64,000 nucleotides of DNA from Octopus sinensis (Eukaryota), in NCBI RefSeq assembly GCF_006345805.1, contig NC_043004.1, forward strand, positions 35,960,001-36,024,000, written 5' to 3'. Below, piece by piece: positions 1 through 12,924 of the stretch. A program made the position numbers and the translations under genes. Positions within the stretch are counted from its first letter, which is position 1. The number at the start of each line of letters is the position of its first letter. The notes beneath the pieces were generated by a model. That model made no database searches, was not told the origin of the DNA, and saw only the letters and a list, made by a program, of their open reading frames with translations.

Positions 1-19
1 CTTCTGTATGGAACTAAAA

Positions 20-900
20 TTCACACACACTGTAAACCCTCATAAACAATGACCATTCATCTGTAAAATATTTCTTTCACCACAACCATCTAGTGTCTCC
101 CTTCTCAAACTAAACTGAAATTCTCTCTTTAAGCTGGTTTCTTTCTAGAAAATTCCATCTACAGTTTAACAAAGCACCAATAAAGATCAAGATGGACCCT
201 AATTATCCTAACCTCTTTGAAGAATGCAATTGTATCTACCTAATACTTCAGATCTTCCCCCAAGTCAAACAGCTGTTATATGTATGTATGTATGTATGTA
301 TGTAAGTATGTATGTGCTGATTTATATGTTTTATGTATGTGTATGTATGTATGTATGTATGTATGCATGCATGTATGTATGTATGTATACACACATCCCT
401 TATTTCTCAAAGCCACTTCACTCAGCAGGGAAGAGATTACCTATTTTATCTCAGACTTCAAAAATTACCTTTTTGTATTGATTTCCGTTTCACTTACTTC
501 CATCATTCATTCACTTTTCTTGATTCATTAATTACTAATCATATCATCCATTTTCTCATCTTTATTTACTTTAAAGTCTGTGATTTTTCTCATCGTCCTC
601 CCCTATCTCTAAGAACATTCAAAGACTCTCCAAAACAATGGTCCAACATCTTATTCCACAAGCCACCTGTTACTCTCCCAGACTGTAACACTGCCTTCTA
701 GCAACAATTGTCACACATCCACAGACTTAAGAACATATATTTCTACTTCACTCTTATACAACCACTATCTTTGATGGATTGTAAAGTAATACCACTCTCT
801 ATAAATACTTATATATCACCTAACCCTAACCATTTCATAGTACTGCCACCTTTGATGTTTCCCTGTCCATTGATGTAGTCTCCTATCACCTATCATCTTT
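20..900 (-). mobile_element. Heavily decayed CR1-group LINE remnant (tentative)
   Basis: Broken minus-strand translations loosely resemble CR1 RT motifs (VGPLFW ~ VLGPLLF; KKYFTD ~ RKYFT.RV); many stops; interrupted by (TATG)n at ~278-388. Confidence 0.25.
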
Positions 901-1097
901 CTCTGACTCTTTTCTTACAGTATATACTTTTTCTTTATACTTTTTCATTACTCTCTCTTTTTCCACCTCATTTTTTTCTTCTATTTGTATGTACATGCTA
1001 TGTTACACACATGGATATTCACAGGTACATGTATATTTGCACACGAGTATATTTATGTATACACAGAGAGAAGATATTTATGGAAAGAATATATCTG

Positions 1098-1275
1098 TTT
1101 CTTTACTACCCACAAGGGGCTAAACACAGAGAGGCCAAACAAGGACAGACAAACGGATTAAGTCAATTACATCGACCCCAGTGTGTAACTGGTACTTAAT
1201 TTATCGACCCCGAAAGGATGAAAGGCAAAGTCGACCTCGGCAAATTTGAACTCAGAACGTAGTGGCAGACGAAAT
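1098..1275 (-). mobile_element. tRNA-derived SINE with Meta-like central domain, 5' truncated
   Basis: Minus strand reads GTTCTGAGTTCAAAT (B box)-GTCGACTTTGCCTTTCATCCTTTCGGGGTCGATAAATTAAGTACCAG; the same family recurs many times in the window. Confidence 0.85.
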
Positions 1276-1779
1276 GGAGAGAATGTATCAATATGTGAAT
1301 ACCTACTCTAGAGAGAGAGAGAGAGAGAGCATTCTCTCAAATCAACATCTTTACAATTGATTAAAAGTGTGATTAACAATATGTATGGTATTGCACCCAC
1401 AAAAGTGGTTGAACTATAAGGGAGAGTAAGTTGCCTCTTCCATTTGTAGACTGGGGTGACACCTTGGGATAGTGCAAACAAACCTGTAGCCTCCCGTACC
1501 TGGGAAATGGTGATGACATTGGTAGCAGGACCAACAAGGTGGAGGAGTTCTAGACTAACAATTTGAAGGTTACTATGGCTAAGTGGAGGATCTGGTCCAT
1601 CAGGCAACAGTTGGGCATCAACTAGTGAGTTGTTACTACGAAGCAACCCCATCACTGACTATGCTCATTTCACTCTTGTACACCAATTGGTACTTGGTAT
1701 GGAGGCCCAGAGAGGTAGCTTAGAGGGAGTGCAATGTCAAATGTCTTATTGACCATCCACAGTAATTTTGTTCTGAACA

Positions 1780-2050
1780 GAAAAGTCAACATCGACGTAC
1801 AGTAGACAATCGACAATGTTTAAAGAATGGAAGACAAGGATGGGTCAGCCAGCCAGCCAGCTTGTGGTATGGAAGCCAATACATGACCATCAGAGGAAAG
1901 GCAATCCTATCTCAGTATACATGAAAGGCAATTCAATGCCTACATGCATGAGCGTTCTTGATGATATAGAAGTGGAAATTTCTGATGAATTAACAAAATG
2001 TGAGGAAGATGGAAATAAGTAGAGGAACCACTAGCAGACTGATCTGATTT
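1780..2050 (+). mobile_element. Decayed RTE LINE C-terminal fragment
   Basis: SQLVVWKPIHDHQRKGNP resembles the RTE C-terminal motif LW.P.HG.R.RGRP; degenerate. Confidence 0.4.
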
Positions 2051-2409
2051 GAGATCGGCCTAAATAAATATGACTTAATCTGATCAGAATTTATCTCGCT
2101 TTATGTTGTCATTTGTGTTTTGTTAATTTATTGTAAAAGAGTACATCTAAATAAAAACAAAGAAATAAGAGTGCATCTAAAAAATTAAAAAATAAATTTC
2201 ATTTACTCTGGAGATGTTGAGGTGATTAAAGAAACAAGGAGACAGAGATAATATTTTTGGAGACCAGCCATTTTTTAAAAAACTTGTAGATTGGTGATTT
2301 AATTTCTTTTGATACCATGAGAAAAAAAGGAAAATCAGCTTGAGGACATATTTTCCAACAAAGGCACCATGGCAAAATACAATTCGATATTGTAGGTAAT
2401 TCTGTAGAG

Positions 2410-2625
2410 TTGTTCCACCTGCTAGAAATAGCAGCTAGTTTCAGAGAGAAAGAGAGAGAGAGCATTCCCTCAATTCAACAGTTTTACATTTGGTTAAAAG
2501 AGAGAGTAAGTTATCCATTCTGTCCAGGATGCATGGAATGATATTGTCCAATATAAGATGGGAAGATCATGTCATGGCTGGACTACAATTGATTTTAAGT
2601 CAGTTCAAACAAGACTGACCTAAAA
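2410..2625 (-). repeat. Dispersed repeat ending GAGATTTGGCTGCTATTTCTAGCAGG (unclassified)
   Basis: Related copies on + at ~14790-14940, ~32160-32330 and ~34900-35050; the CTAGAAATAGCAGC motif also occurs at ~28260 and ~61890. Confidence 0.55.
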
Positions 2626-2660
2626 TTATACAATAACAACAATGGAACATGGATTTTAAA

Positions 2661-2870
2661 TTTTCGAATTTTGGCACAAGGCCAGTAAGTTTGGGAGAGG
2701 GGGATGAATCAATTACATCAACCCCAGTACTTAACTGGTACTTATTTTATCGATCTCAAAAGGTTGAAAGGCAAAGTCAACCTCAGCAGAATTTGAACTC
2801 AGAGCATAAAGATGGACAAAATGCCATTGAAGCATTTTTTTTCTGGTGTTCTAATGATTCTGCCAGCCTT
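2661..2870 (-). mobile_element. Meta-like tRNA SINE
   Basis: TTTATCGATCTCAAAAGGTTGAAAGGCAAAGTCAACCTCAGCAGAATTTGAACTCAGA on +; tail variant TTTTGGCACAAGGCCAG. Confidence 0.8.
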
Positions 2871-3691
2871 AACTAGAACAACGATGGAACATCAATATTT
2901 AACAGTAACATCATTAAATAAAGACAGCTATTTCTTTAAGTTACAGTGTTGGGGGTGGGGGTTCAATTCCTGTCATAAATATAACACAGTGATGGATCTA
3001 CTTCATAGGGTTACATGGATGAGATGAATTCCATGAAAGAATATTCAGTTTTCAGGGATGGTATATTGATCCCTTGCATTAAAGGATATTTCGCTACCCT
3101 CCTATTCAACTACAATGGTGTTGCCTTGATATAACATTGGGATTAATTTCATAGACAAGAATTTCAATCAGTGAAAGGATGTATTTAATATTTCCATTAA
3201 TATACAGAGAAATATAGTGAAACTGCAGTGTGAATTTGTTAACTTTATTATTCCAAACTAATTGATCTTCTCCGCCTTCTGATCTCATGTCAGATATAAG
3301 TTTAGTAATGAGATAACACTGAAATCATTGCTTAAATGCCCAGAGCTTAGCTAATGACAAGCGAAACAATATGGCCTTTTCGAGACAACACTGATATTTC
3401 CCAAATGTTTTCGAAAGTTGCAAAATTTGATTCTAAATTCTCGAAACATTCCATTGATGAAATACTCAGCACATTGAAGATAACATCTGCTTTTGATATC
3501 AGAAAATCTCTCATTGTACTTACAAGACATATTATTTTGAAAAGCGCACAAATTCTTTTGTGAATGTGGCATAACTAGCATGAGCATTCTGGTTGCCTCT
3601 CTGAACTCATTTTATGCCCGGACTATCACTAAATCTTAGAATTGGTTAATTATGTTGATTGTAGAAGAATACATTTTCTTTATTTCTTCAG

Positions 3692-3718
3692 TTATTCATA
3701 TCAGTCCATCATGCAGTG
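3692..3718 (+). other. Candidate 27-nt microexon
   Basis: Acceptor TTTTCTTTATTTCTTCAG, donor GTAAGT at 3719, length divisible by 3; no transcript evidence. Confidence 0.3.
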
Positions 3719-4243
3719 GTAAGTGATGAGAGCAATTGATACAATATAAAACGAACAATAGTTGTGGTTATGTCATTCAGTAAGCTATAGAAACTCTTAA
3801 TACTTCTGTGAGGAATTTGATTAAAAGATCTTCAGATATAAACTAGAAAGAAAGAAAATGGAATTAAACATTCAAAGCAATTAATGCACAGAGAAATGAA
3901 GAGTGGAATGCTTTTCAGATATAAACCTTTTGATAGAATTTTATGTGGTTGGCCTTAAAAATAACTTCTTCAATTAAGCAAACTTGTATTTTATTGCTTA
4001 TTTAGTTACAAGTTATTAATTTATGTAAAATATCCCAAAATATTCTCTCTCATATTCTTACCAAACAAACTGTGACTGATTTCAAAATATGAGAATACAA
4101 ATCAGTTAAAGAAAAATAAATGAATTCAAAATTGTACCAAAACAGTTCCACACATAATTCTTGTTTAAAATCCTTCATTATGAATATGCTTAAGTCATTT
4201 TTTGTTTCTCCTTATTTTCTTAATCAAGTTAGTGTCTTCACAG

Positions 4244-4279
4244 GCACCTGTCCATCACAGCCACAACCGTTACTGTTAG
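4244..4279 (+). other. Candidate 36-nt microexon
   Basis: Pyrimidine-rich acceptor ending GTCTTCACAG, donor AG|GTAATC, length divisible by 3. Confidence 0.3.
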
Positions 4280-4696
4280 GTAATCTTGTTTTGGTTCAAT
4301 AATAAATAATAATAAAGCAACTTGTTTGTGACCTAAGCACTTTTTTCTTTCTTTACTATTATGTGGTTCCTTGTACCTCTGATAGAGAGATATGGCTTCT
4401 ACTGAGATAAAGATTACTCAATATGAAGAACAGCAACTGAAAAAATAAAACTGCTATGGCAGAGAGAACTATTTTGAGAATTGCTGCCATGATCACTATA
4501 CCCACTCAGTTCTTTTGATGGCTAATAATATAAAGGGTATAAAACCCCAGATAAATTATGAATATTGAAATTTTTTCGAAAAAAAAAAGATACATTAGAC
4601 CTGTCCAGACCAGGCAAGTATGGAAAAGTAGACATTAAAACTATTTAGTTCTTAGTTTATAACTTCTGCTCATTAAAAAGAATAAAATTGTGTATG

Positions 4697-4740
<44 letters not shown>

Positions 4741-4746
<6 letters not shown>

Positions 4747-5002
4747 TTCAAACACATAAGAGATAGCCAATAATAGGCTATCTGACTCACTAGAAAGAGC
4801 AATTAAAACTCCAAGCCACTAATAGTTGCAATTCTGAAAGGGAATGAAAAATAAAAACATTTACTCTATTTTTCCTAGACTATGCATAGTTTCTGCAATT
4901 CCCTTTCAGAATTGCAACTATGAGTGGCTTGGAGTTTTAACTGCTCTTTCTAGTGAGTCAGATAGCCTATTATTGGTTATCTCTTATGTGTTTGAATGTA
5001 CA
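4741..5002. repeat. Near-perfect inverted repeat (105-bp arms, 52-nt loop); MITE-like hairpin
   Basis: 4741-4845 is the reverse complement of 4898-5002 with 3 mismatches seen by eye. Confidence 0.9.
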
Positions 5003-5269
5003 CTGTATTCTTCTAGGAATAATGTATAGTCTATTGACTAAATTTTTCCTTCTCGCGAGACTACTGGTAACAAAGAATTTTTCTATAAATATTTTTGCTA
5101 CCCTAAGAATTTTTTAATTTTATATATATATATATATATACACACACACATACATATATATATATATACATGTGTGTGTGTGTGTGTGTTTGTGTGTGTG
5201 TGTTTGTGTGCGTGTGTGTGTGTGTTCACACACATATTGATATTTGAGCTGGCAAAATCTTTACCAGAC

Positions 5270-5430
5270 TGGAAAAAATGCATAGCAGCCTTACTTGTCT
5301 TTACATTCAGATTTCAAATGCCACCAGAGTTGATGAAATATGTACCAGTTGAGTACTGGGGTCACTGTTATCAATTTTTACCCACCTCCACCATTATTCC
5401 TGGCCTTGTGCCAAAATTTGAAACCAACAT
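5270..5430 (+). mobile_element. Degenerate Meta-like SINE
   Basis: GTACCAGTTGAGTACTGGGGTC...CTGGCCTTGTGCCAAAATTTGAAACC tail, as in the 2661 and 18565 copies. Confidence 0.6.
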
Positions 5431-5499
5431 TTATTTCATTCTTTTCAGCTGTGTTTGATGGGCAGAATCAAAGCCACAGTAAAGCATTGCAAGCTGATC

Positions 5500-5560
5500 A
5501 ATGTCCATCATTTACATTATTTACATTGGACAGATATTTGTCCTCATCTTGTTTGTTGTT

Positions 5561-5565
<5 letters not shown>
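5500..5565 (-). repeat. Left arm remnant of the palindromic hammerhead element
   Basis: Reverse complement of the AACAACAAACAAGATGAGGACAAATAT...TGTAAATAATGTAAA tail seen at ~6240-6300 and ~15733-15778. Confidence 0.75.
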
Positions 5566-5595
<30 letters not shown>

Positions 5596-5597
<2 letters not shown>

Positions 5598-6120
5598 GAA
5601 AAAAGATGGTATAGGCACACACCAGAAAAGGTCACAGAAAACGAGAAAGCAACCATACTCTGGGATATGTCGATACACACAGATAGAGAAATTAAGGCCA
5701 ACAGACCAGATATAGTTGTCAGAGATCATGAAGAAAAAAAATGCTTTCTAATTGATGTATCAATACCGGCTGATGACAACGTGTCTCTAAAAGAAATGGA
5801 GAAACTCTCAAAATACAAAGACCTGGAAATAGAGGTAACTAGAATGTGGAACCTGAAAACAGAAACAATTCCTATCATAGTAGGTGCATTAGGCATGATA
5901 AAAAAATATTCAGACAAATACATAACAAAAACACCAGGACTTACAAACACATATAACATACAGAAAATTGCACTACTAGGCACTGCACACATCCTACGCA
6001 GAACACTTTCCATACAATAACCATCAGAGCATCACAACAAATCACAGCACATACCCAAGGCACACAGAGCTGCGCTCGGTAGTGAAGTGAAAGCACGCTA
6101 TAAAAATAAAACTACTGAAT
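5596..6120 (+). mobile_element. R4/Dong-clade non-LTR retrotransposon 3' fragment (restriction-like endonuclease domain plus 3' UTR)
   Basis: Open frame to stop at 6020: LWDMSIHTDREIKANRPDIVV...LIDVSIPADDN...EKLSKYKDL...PIIVGALG...IQKIALLGTAHILRRTL (PD-D/ExK RLE); (AAT)n on both sides. Confidence 0.85.
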
Positions 6121-6332
6121 AGTAATAATAATAATAATAACATCGGAAAAATACCTTAGGAATGACAGCCCGGGTTCAAAATTCTCCCAGGACACCTGAT
6201 GAAGTCTGAGAGTACATCAACCGAAACATTGTGTTAATGACAAACAAGATGAGGACAAATGTCCATCAAATGTAAATAATGTAAATAATGTAAATGATGT
6301 ACATAATTCCTCATCTCTCAAATATAGAACTG
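6121..6332 (+). mobile_element. Right arm of the palindromic hammerhead element
   Basis: (AAT)n-CATCGGAAAAATACCTTAGGAATGA...GACAC CTGATGA A...CC GAAA CATT GTGTT; matches 15625-15778. Confidence 0.8.
6191..6235 (+). ncRNA. Type I hammerhead ribozyme motif, decayed
   Basis: Stem I GACAC/GTGTT, CTGATGA, extra A, damaged stem II, GAAA; stem III ACAT (ACGT is inferred by CpG decay). Confidence 0.55.
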
Positions 6333-8154
6333 TTTTTATCAATGTTGTTTGTAAACCCACTCACCTGTATGTTTGGAGTTGGATAGGAATCTTTCATTCT
6401 TATATAGCTCTGACCATCAAATTTAAAAAGAATTTTAACCCAGAATCTTAACAGCCAGAACAACAAATCCAATATTTTGGATTAGTCTACTAATCAACTT
6501 CCCTCAATTCTACTTTATTTATTAACTCCAAAATGATAAAAGGTAGAGTTGACCTTGATTGGATTTGAAATCAGATTGCAGGGTTCCAGAACAAATGATA
6601 TCATTCTATTGAACATTCTAATAACTCCGCCAATATAGATGAATTTATGTTCATTTCATTGTATATATACACAACAGATTAAAAACTGGTGTTGTTGTTT
6701 ATATTGCATTTCATAAACTTAACATTTTGACAAACAGAAATCACTTAAACCAACCTCTCAGATTGAAATAAGAACTGGGCTCAACCAAAATACTGTAAAA
6801 TATTTTGGATAGTCAGACTAACAGTAAATGAATGAAATTGGTAAAAAAGTGATATACTAATAAGATTAATTCACTCAACTATAAATATCTTCTGTAAAAG
6901 ATAAGGTGAATACATAATTAACAAAAATTAATATTGTATTTTAATAAGTTTAACAGAAGAATAAAACTTTGTTTAACATAAAATAGAGTTTAGTAAAGTT
7001 TTAACATAGAAAGTGAAAGTAAAAGATATTCTCTAAAAAGAAGTTTATTATCATATCTTATCTTTATTATCATCTGTTTATCGTGAAATCTCGTCAGTCT
7101 TGAATATCAAATGTTAATGAAATTAATTGTATTCTTCTGTGTTTTATAGTTTTGGCTCGATACTACATTAGTAAAATAATTCAAGTTTGGTAAGTTTGAA
7201 TATTTCAGTGGTGACCTACTAAGATTCAATTTGAAGAGTGTATTGATAATCTTAAGACAGATTCTCATAAAACCATGAAAACTAAAAATGAAGAGATATA
7301 TCAAAGAACAGAAAGGAAAAATAAAAAACAATAAAAAAATTAAAAAGAAAAGTAATGATAACTGAAAATTGATTTCAGTAGTGAGTGAAACAAGACTTCA
7401 ACACTTCCTTTTTATTACTATTGTCATCTAGAAGCTATTTGAAGTGTTATCAAGATAGAAAATTGTAGAAGATGATGTCAAAAAATAAAAACCAATATAC
7501 CACCCCACCTAATAGCAATAAATTAAAAAAAAAACCAAATTAAACAGACATCTCTTTATTTTCAATGGCTCTGCTGTTCTCTTGCTCTGCACGTTTTGCG
7601 ATGCTTTTCTTTATCACTTGTCAATATTGCTTCATGACTTCTGAACAAGCTATTGTTGAAGGCTGCACTTGAAAACGAAAATCTCTTTCTAGCATCTACA
7701 CTCTTAAATCAGGTAAAACATTCTTTACTATTTGGCTCCAAAACACAACTCTGATACCGAATACACTACACTACACACACACACATATATATATACGGGC
7801 ATTGTATACTTGTGTGTAGAGAGTGTAATGGTTTTTGTGAATATAGAAAACTGATAGCAGACTAGTAATTTTTTTTTTCCAGCTATTAATCTCATGTTTT
7901 GTATTGCCTATCAATGAAGATGTCATCTTTGTATTGTCATTTCTTCTCATGCAATGATTTTTTTCACATATGTATTTTGTTTTAGATATAATTGAACTTA
8001 CACTCTTTACTTCTGTTGTGGCTATACCATGGCTGATCGCTCTAGTGTAATCCTGTTTTGTAAGTCTTCAATTATTTTTTTTCTCATAACATTTAAGTAA
8101 TGATCACTAAGCTTAGCCCTAATGGCTTCTACCACACTAAGAGCTACTAATATC

Positions 8155-8363
8155 AGTTGTATTACTTAAACCTTTCTTTTCGTGAATTCATCTTCATTAT
8201 AATCTCATTATAATCTCAACTATATTTCATCTACAATGGAGCTAAAAAGAGATTTATTGTTGGGTAAGCTGATAAACACAACTGCTAAGGTAATGATATT
8301 ATTTGAATATTTATATAGTAGTATAAATATGTGTGTGTATGAGTGAGTGTATGTATATATATA
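8155..8363 (+). repeat. ~210-bp direct duplication (second copy 12613-12821)
   Basis: Identical by eye from AGTTGTATTACTTAAACC to the (TA)n tract. Confidence 0.9.
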
Positions 8364-8383
8364 TATATACATACATACATACA

Positions 8384-8419
<36 letters not shown>

Positions 8420-9386
8420 TATTTATGGGTTAATATTTATATTAATTCTTAATGTATTAATATACATATGTGTGTGTATGTGTGTTTGTGTAGGTATACA
8501 TATATATATATATATATTCCTTCCATATCAGCAATCTCTTATGAGTATAAGGTTATATAATCAGATTGCTACCTAACACTCCATTGTATTCCTAGTGCAA
8601 AACCGATTGGTAATATCAGCTATGATGGATATTTAATACTGTACTTTTATTTTTCTTTGCCAAATAAACACATGCACCATATATTTGTCAATATCAACGC
8701 ATAGGACTGACACGACACTTAGACAGATTACAGAGGCTACACACATAGCAGTAGCCAGACTGAGCCTCAATAGAAAACACGAATGGAACAATAACACCCA
8801 CCATCACACCACATGACTAACGACAGAAGGGAGGAGAAGAGAGAGAAAAAATAAGAACACTAATAAATAAAGCACAGATACAAACAGGGTAATACACACA
8901 CAATAGGCAGATATGCACATACCTGTGATACATAAGAAATAGAGATAGATAAAACAAAATAAATAGATAAATATATTTGTCACATACCTGTGAAAAATAT
9001 TAGAAATAGAGATAGATAAAAAATAAATAAATAATAGGTAAATCTATATAAAGGGCATGGATACAAACAACATAAGAATCAAACCCATAAGCACACACAA
9101 ACACAGTAACTTTACAGATGGCCACAGCAATATCAACAACACGACTAACACTGATAGCAGTGGTAGCGGTAACAACAATGGCAATAACAACAACTACCAC
9201 AATAGCAACACCCTGGGTGAACTCACAAATACAGAGAGATAAAGGAACTGTACCAAATTTTTGGGTCCTAAGACAGCAGTAACAATAATGGGGGGGGGAG
9301 GATGGGGCTGAGGAAAAGGTCATACTGCTACTAAGAACAATGACACACACACAAGCATACACATACCCACACATACACACACACAT

Positions 9387-9427
<41 letters not shown>

Positions 9428-9727
9428 AACATGGATGTAAATGCATGCACACTTAAGGATACACATCATAGAAGAGTAGAATGAAATAAGTGAAGCAAGA
9501 GCACACTCAAAGACAAAATGTGTCACTGAAGAGGTCACAGATGTGTGATGAAAGATTTCCAGACAATGGACATGAGTTAAAATGAGAAAAATAATAAACG
9601 AGTGAAAAACAAATATATAGTGTGTGTGTTTGGTAAAAAAGAAATGACCATCCCAAAATACAACAATATCTGTTTCAACACACGATTTCACATCAGGAGT
9701 TTTAACACAAATTCATAAACATATATA

Positions 9728-10075
9728 TATCATCATCATCATCATCATCATTATTGTTTAACATCCACCTTCCATGCTGGCATGGATGGGATAGTTTAAC
9801 AGGAGCCAGCCAGGCAGAAGCCTGTACCAGACTTCTGTGACTGTTTTGGCACGATTTTTACAGATGAATGCCTTTCCTAACACCAACCACCCAGTAGAGT
9901 GAACTTAGTGCTTTTTACATAGCACAAGCACTGGCGAGGTCAGTTTTGGCAAGGTTTTTACAACTGGATGCCCTTCCAAATGCCAACCACTTTACAGTGT
10001 GGACTGGGTGCTTCTTGAGTGGCACCTGCACTGGCAGGATTACCAAGTAACCTGCAAGACAAGAGTCTTTTGGAG
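9728..10075 (-). mobile_element. RTE LINE 3' end with (GAT)n tail
   Basis: (CAT)n-TTTAACATCCACCTTCCATGCTGGCATGG...CAACTGGATGCCCTTCCAAATGCCAACCAC; same tail as 50720-50895. Confidence 0.8.
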
Positions 10076-10229
10076 GAGGTGATCTTGTGTCAGATAATGA
10101 AAGGTCATAGTGAGACAGAGAGACAGAAACAGGTGTCATGCGGTAGAGGAAGTACAAGATCACCCAGCTAGAGAGAGAGAGAGAGAGATACAAACACATA
10201 CACACATATATGTATGTATATATATGTAT

Positions 10230-10385
10230 ATGTTTCTCTCCTTGTTTTTTTCTGTGTCCCTTTCTGTAGAAGAGCGTAGGCTCGAAGCGTAAAAGTCTTT
10301 TTCTATTCCTGAGCGTTACACTAATACATCTGTTTGTTTTGTACACCACCTGTCTTTGTCTTTTGTTTTTTTCGTGAATTCCCCC
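10230..10385 (+). mobile_element. Penelope pLTR-like short repeat with degenerate hammerhead (10259-10295)
   Basis: CTTT CTGTAGA A GAGC gtag GCTC GAAG CG TA AAAG: stems I and II pair, but the core has two deviations. Confidence 0.45.
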
Positions 10386-10548
10386 CCCTCCCCTATATAT
10401 GTATGTTTGAATGTTTGTATATATTTTTAGCTTTAGTCTGGGTGTGTATTGTCCACCTTGCTTACCAGTATTGTATGGTCTTGCTTTGTAGTTGTTTTTA
10501 CAGCGACTGATTCCATTATTTTTACTTTTTACTCTAACGCATTTGCAG

Positions 10549-10829
10549 GATATTTGCCATTAAGTTGGCTGGAAGCAATATAGCAGCAATTACATTACGG
10601 CAGATGACTTTACAAGTTTCTACTTCTGTAGATTTGGTTGGATATTTGAGATGTGATGCTATCCAACCAACTTTAACATTGTTCTTACCAAACATCTTAG
10701 GCGTTTATGTTTTAAGGAGAAATATTAAAGGGACATTTTACCACTACACAGCACACTTCACTTGTGCTTCGGCAGAAATTCAGGAGTAAACTAGAGGAAT
10801 GTCTTTTACTTGTTTTTGTTTGAAATGTG
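10549..10829 (+). other. Candidate 281-nt exon
   Basis: Branch-like CTAAC plus pyrimidine tract TTTTTACTTTTTACTCTAACGCATTTGCAG; donor GTAAGT at 10830; no frame is open throughout. Confidence 0.3.
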
Positions 10830-11418
10830 GTAAGTTTTCGTATTTAACAAGTAATGTTTATAGGTTTTGTCCTGAGAGGCTGCAACAACCTCATTTCTGA
10901 TTGGCACATGATTACAGCAGGGAGCAGCTTGAAGGAAAGGTCTCTGAGCCAATTCTTTAAATACAATTTTCTACACTGGAAGATCCACATCTCTCATATA
11001 AATATATTTGCCAGTTTAAAACATATGAACGAACCATTTATTATTGACGTCTACACATTGTACAGAAACACGTCCTCCACAATATTCACTTGCAGTTGGT
11101 ACTTGAATCAACCAAATCATAAGTTCTGGCCAACCATTTTGTCAGTTAATCTTCTAATATACAAAAAAATCTCTTGTCAAATAACCATCAGTAATTCACG
11201 TAAGTAGAGCAACCAAAGAGTTAGTTAACCAATCCTAACTTCCACTAATTACTACCCTCCATCATCCTCAGTTATTCCAAACATTCCGTTCATTTAACTC
11301 TATCAACACAACAACACATCTATTCTTATATTCTTACAAACTCACAATCAATCTGTTTGTCCATGATCCAACTGAATGAAGGAGTTGTTTTACTTTTCCC
11401 TTTATCTTTACATCACAG

Positions 11419-11439
11419 CCAACAGCTAAATACACAGAG
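11419..11439 (+). other. Candidate 21-nt microexon
   Basis: Long pyrimidine tract TTTTACTTTTCCCTTTATCTTTACATCACAG; perfect donor AG|GTAAGT. Confidence 0.35.
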
Positions 11440-12329
11440 GTAAGTTGATGTGTATGTGGTTTTGTGTATTATGTCTATATATCTCTACCTGCTGTCTCTC
11501 CCCCCCCCCCACACTCTCTCTGTTTCTTAATTCCTGTCAATTCACCAAGTGGCAGTAAATTACAATACTCAGTATGTAAATGTAGAGTATTACAGCCGGA
11601 AGCCACTGCTGTGAGTTTTATGTTTCCAGTTTCAGTTGGTAATTCAAGCTTGTTTGCTCTTGAATTATCTGTTGTTTGAATATGTTTTGAAATATTATAC
11701 AAAGGCCATCAAGAAAACACTTCTCTATGTCTTTAAAGAAAACATATTACCAGTAATATCTGCAGAAGCTGTTGTTTCTGGCTCTCTCGAGAATTTTCTG
11801 AATGTCTTTTCATTAACTTATTGAATTTAGCTTTTAAACCTCACACATTTGATATTATTCCAATAACAGTCCTCTTATGAAATTCTGTTGTTGTTTAAGC
11901 AATATTTTAAAACACATCTAAACCATTCTCTTTTCTCCCTGAACTGGATCAAAAGTTAACAAGGCTGATACTTACGCAACAGATAATCAGCACTGAGTGT
12001 ACAAGATACTAGTAACTCAGTTCTTTGCTCAAACTGTTGCTTTTTTTTAAACAAAATTCTTAATTTTTATACTTAAAGGTTGCACAGTATTTTTAATCTG
12101 AAGTTGTTAGTCCTTTATGGTTGTGTCTTAACCACAACTGAGGCCAGATAATTTTGAATAAATGAGAACTTGCCTAATAGCTATGATAAAAGCATACATG
12201 TGTGCGTGAGTGTGTGTCTGTGTATTTACACATACATACAAATACATGCATACACACAGATATATGCATATACACAGATACATGCATACACACACAAACA
12301 CATATACACACATGCACACACACACACAT

Positions 12330-12455
12330 ATTTGCAAGCATATGGCTTTGGGCTTCAACATCGATGCACAGCATCTTGGACAAGTATCTTCTACGATATC
12401 CCATGGCTCACCAATGCTTTGTGAGTAATTTTGGTTGATGGAAACCACAGACCAT
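12330..12455 (+). mobile_element. CORE-like SINE fragment
   Basis: CATCTTGGACAAGTATCTTCTACGAT...CCAATGCTTTGTGAGTAATTTTGGTTGATGGAAAC; family of 24368-24745. Confidence 0.6.
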
Positions 12456-12924
12456 CCATCACAGCATAACAGGAGAGTTTTTTTTTATAAATTATTTTAT
12501 TTAGCTGACATAACTAAATACTTTTTGAACAGTCTCATGATTTTTTGTTTTCTTTCTGTTTGTCATTTGTAATCTTTGTAACTATGAAGGTCAGTGAAAG
12601 GAAGCTAGGGCAAGTTGTATTACTTAAACCTTTCTTTTCGTGAATTCATCTTCATTATAATCTCATTATAATCTCAACTATATTTCATCTACAATGGAGC
12701 TAAAAAGAGATTTATTGTTGGGTAAGCTGATAAACACAACTGCTAAGGTAATGATATTATTTGAATATTTATATAGTAGTATAAATATGTGTGTGTATGA
12801 GTGAGTGTATGTATATATATATACATACATACATGAGTGGTCAGTTTTCGACTTTGATAGATAAGAATGGACATGAAGTTCTAAATACTGGTCATATAGC
12901 TTACAGTTTGAATTTTATTCAGTA

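Noticed and set aside
3040-3600. Possible decayed hAT-type transposase on the minus strand
   Set aside because: Only a vague resemblance (FREFRIKFCNFRKH); no diagnostic motif or TIRs found.
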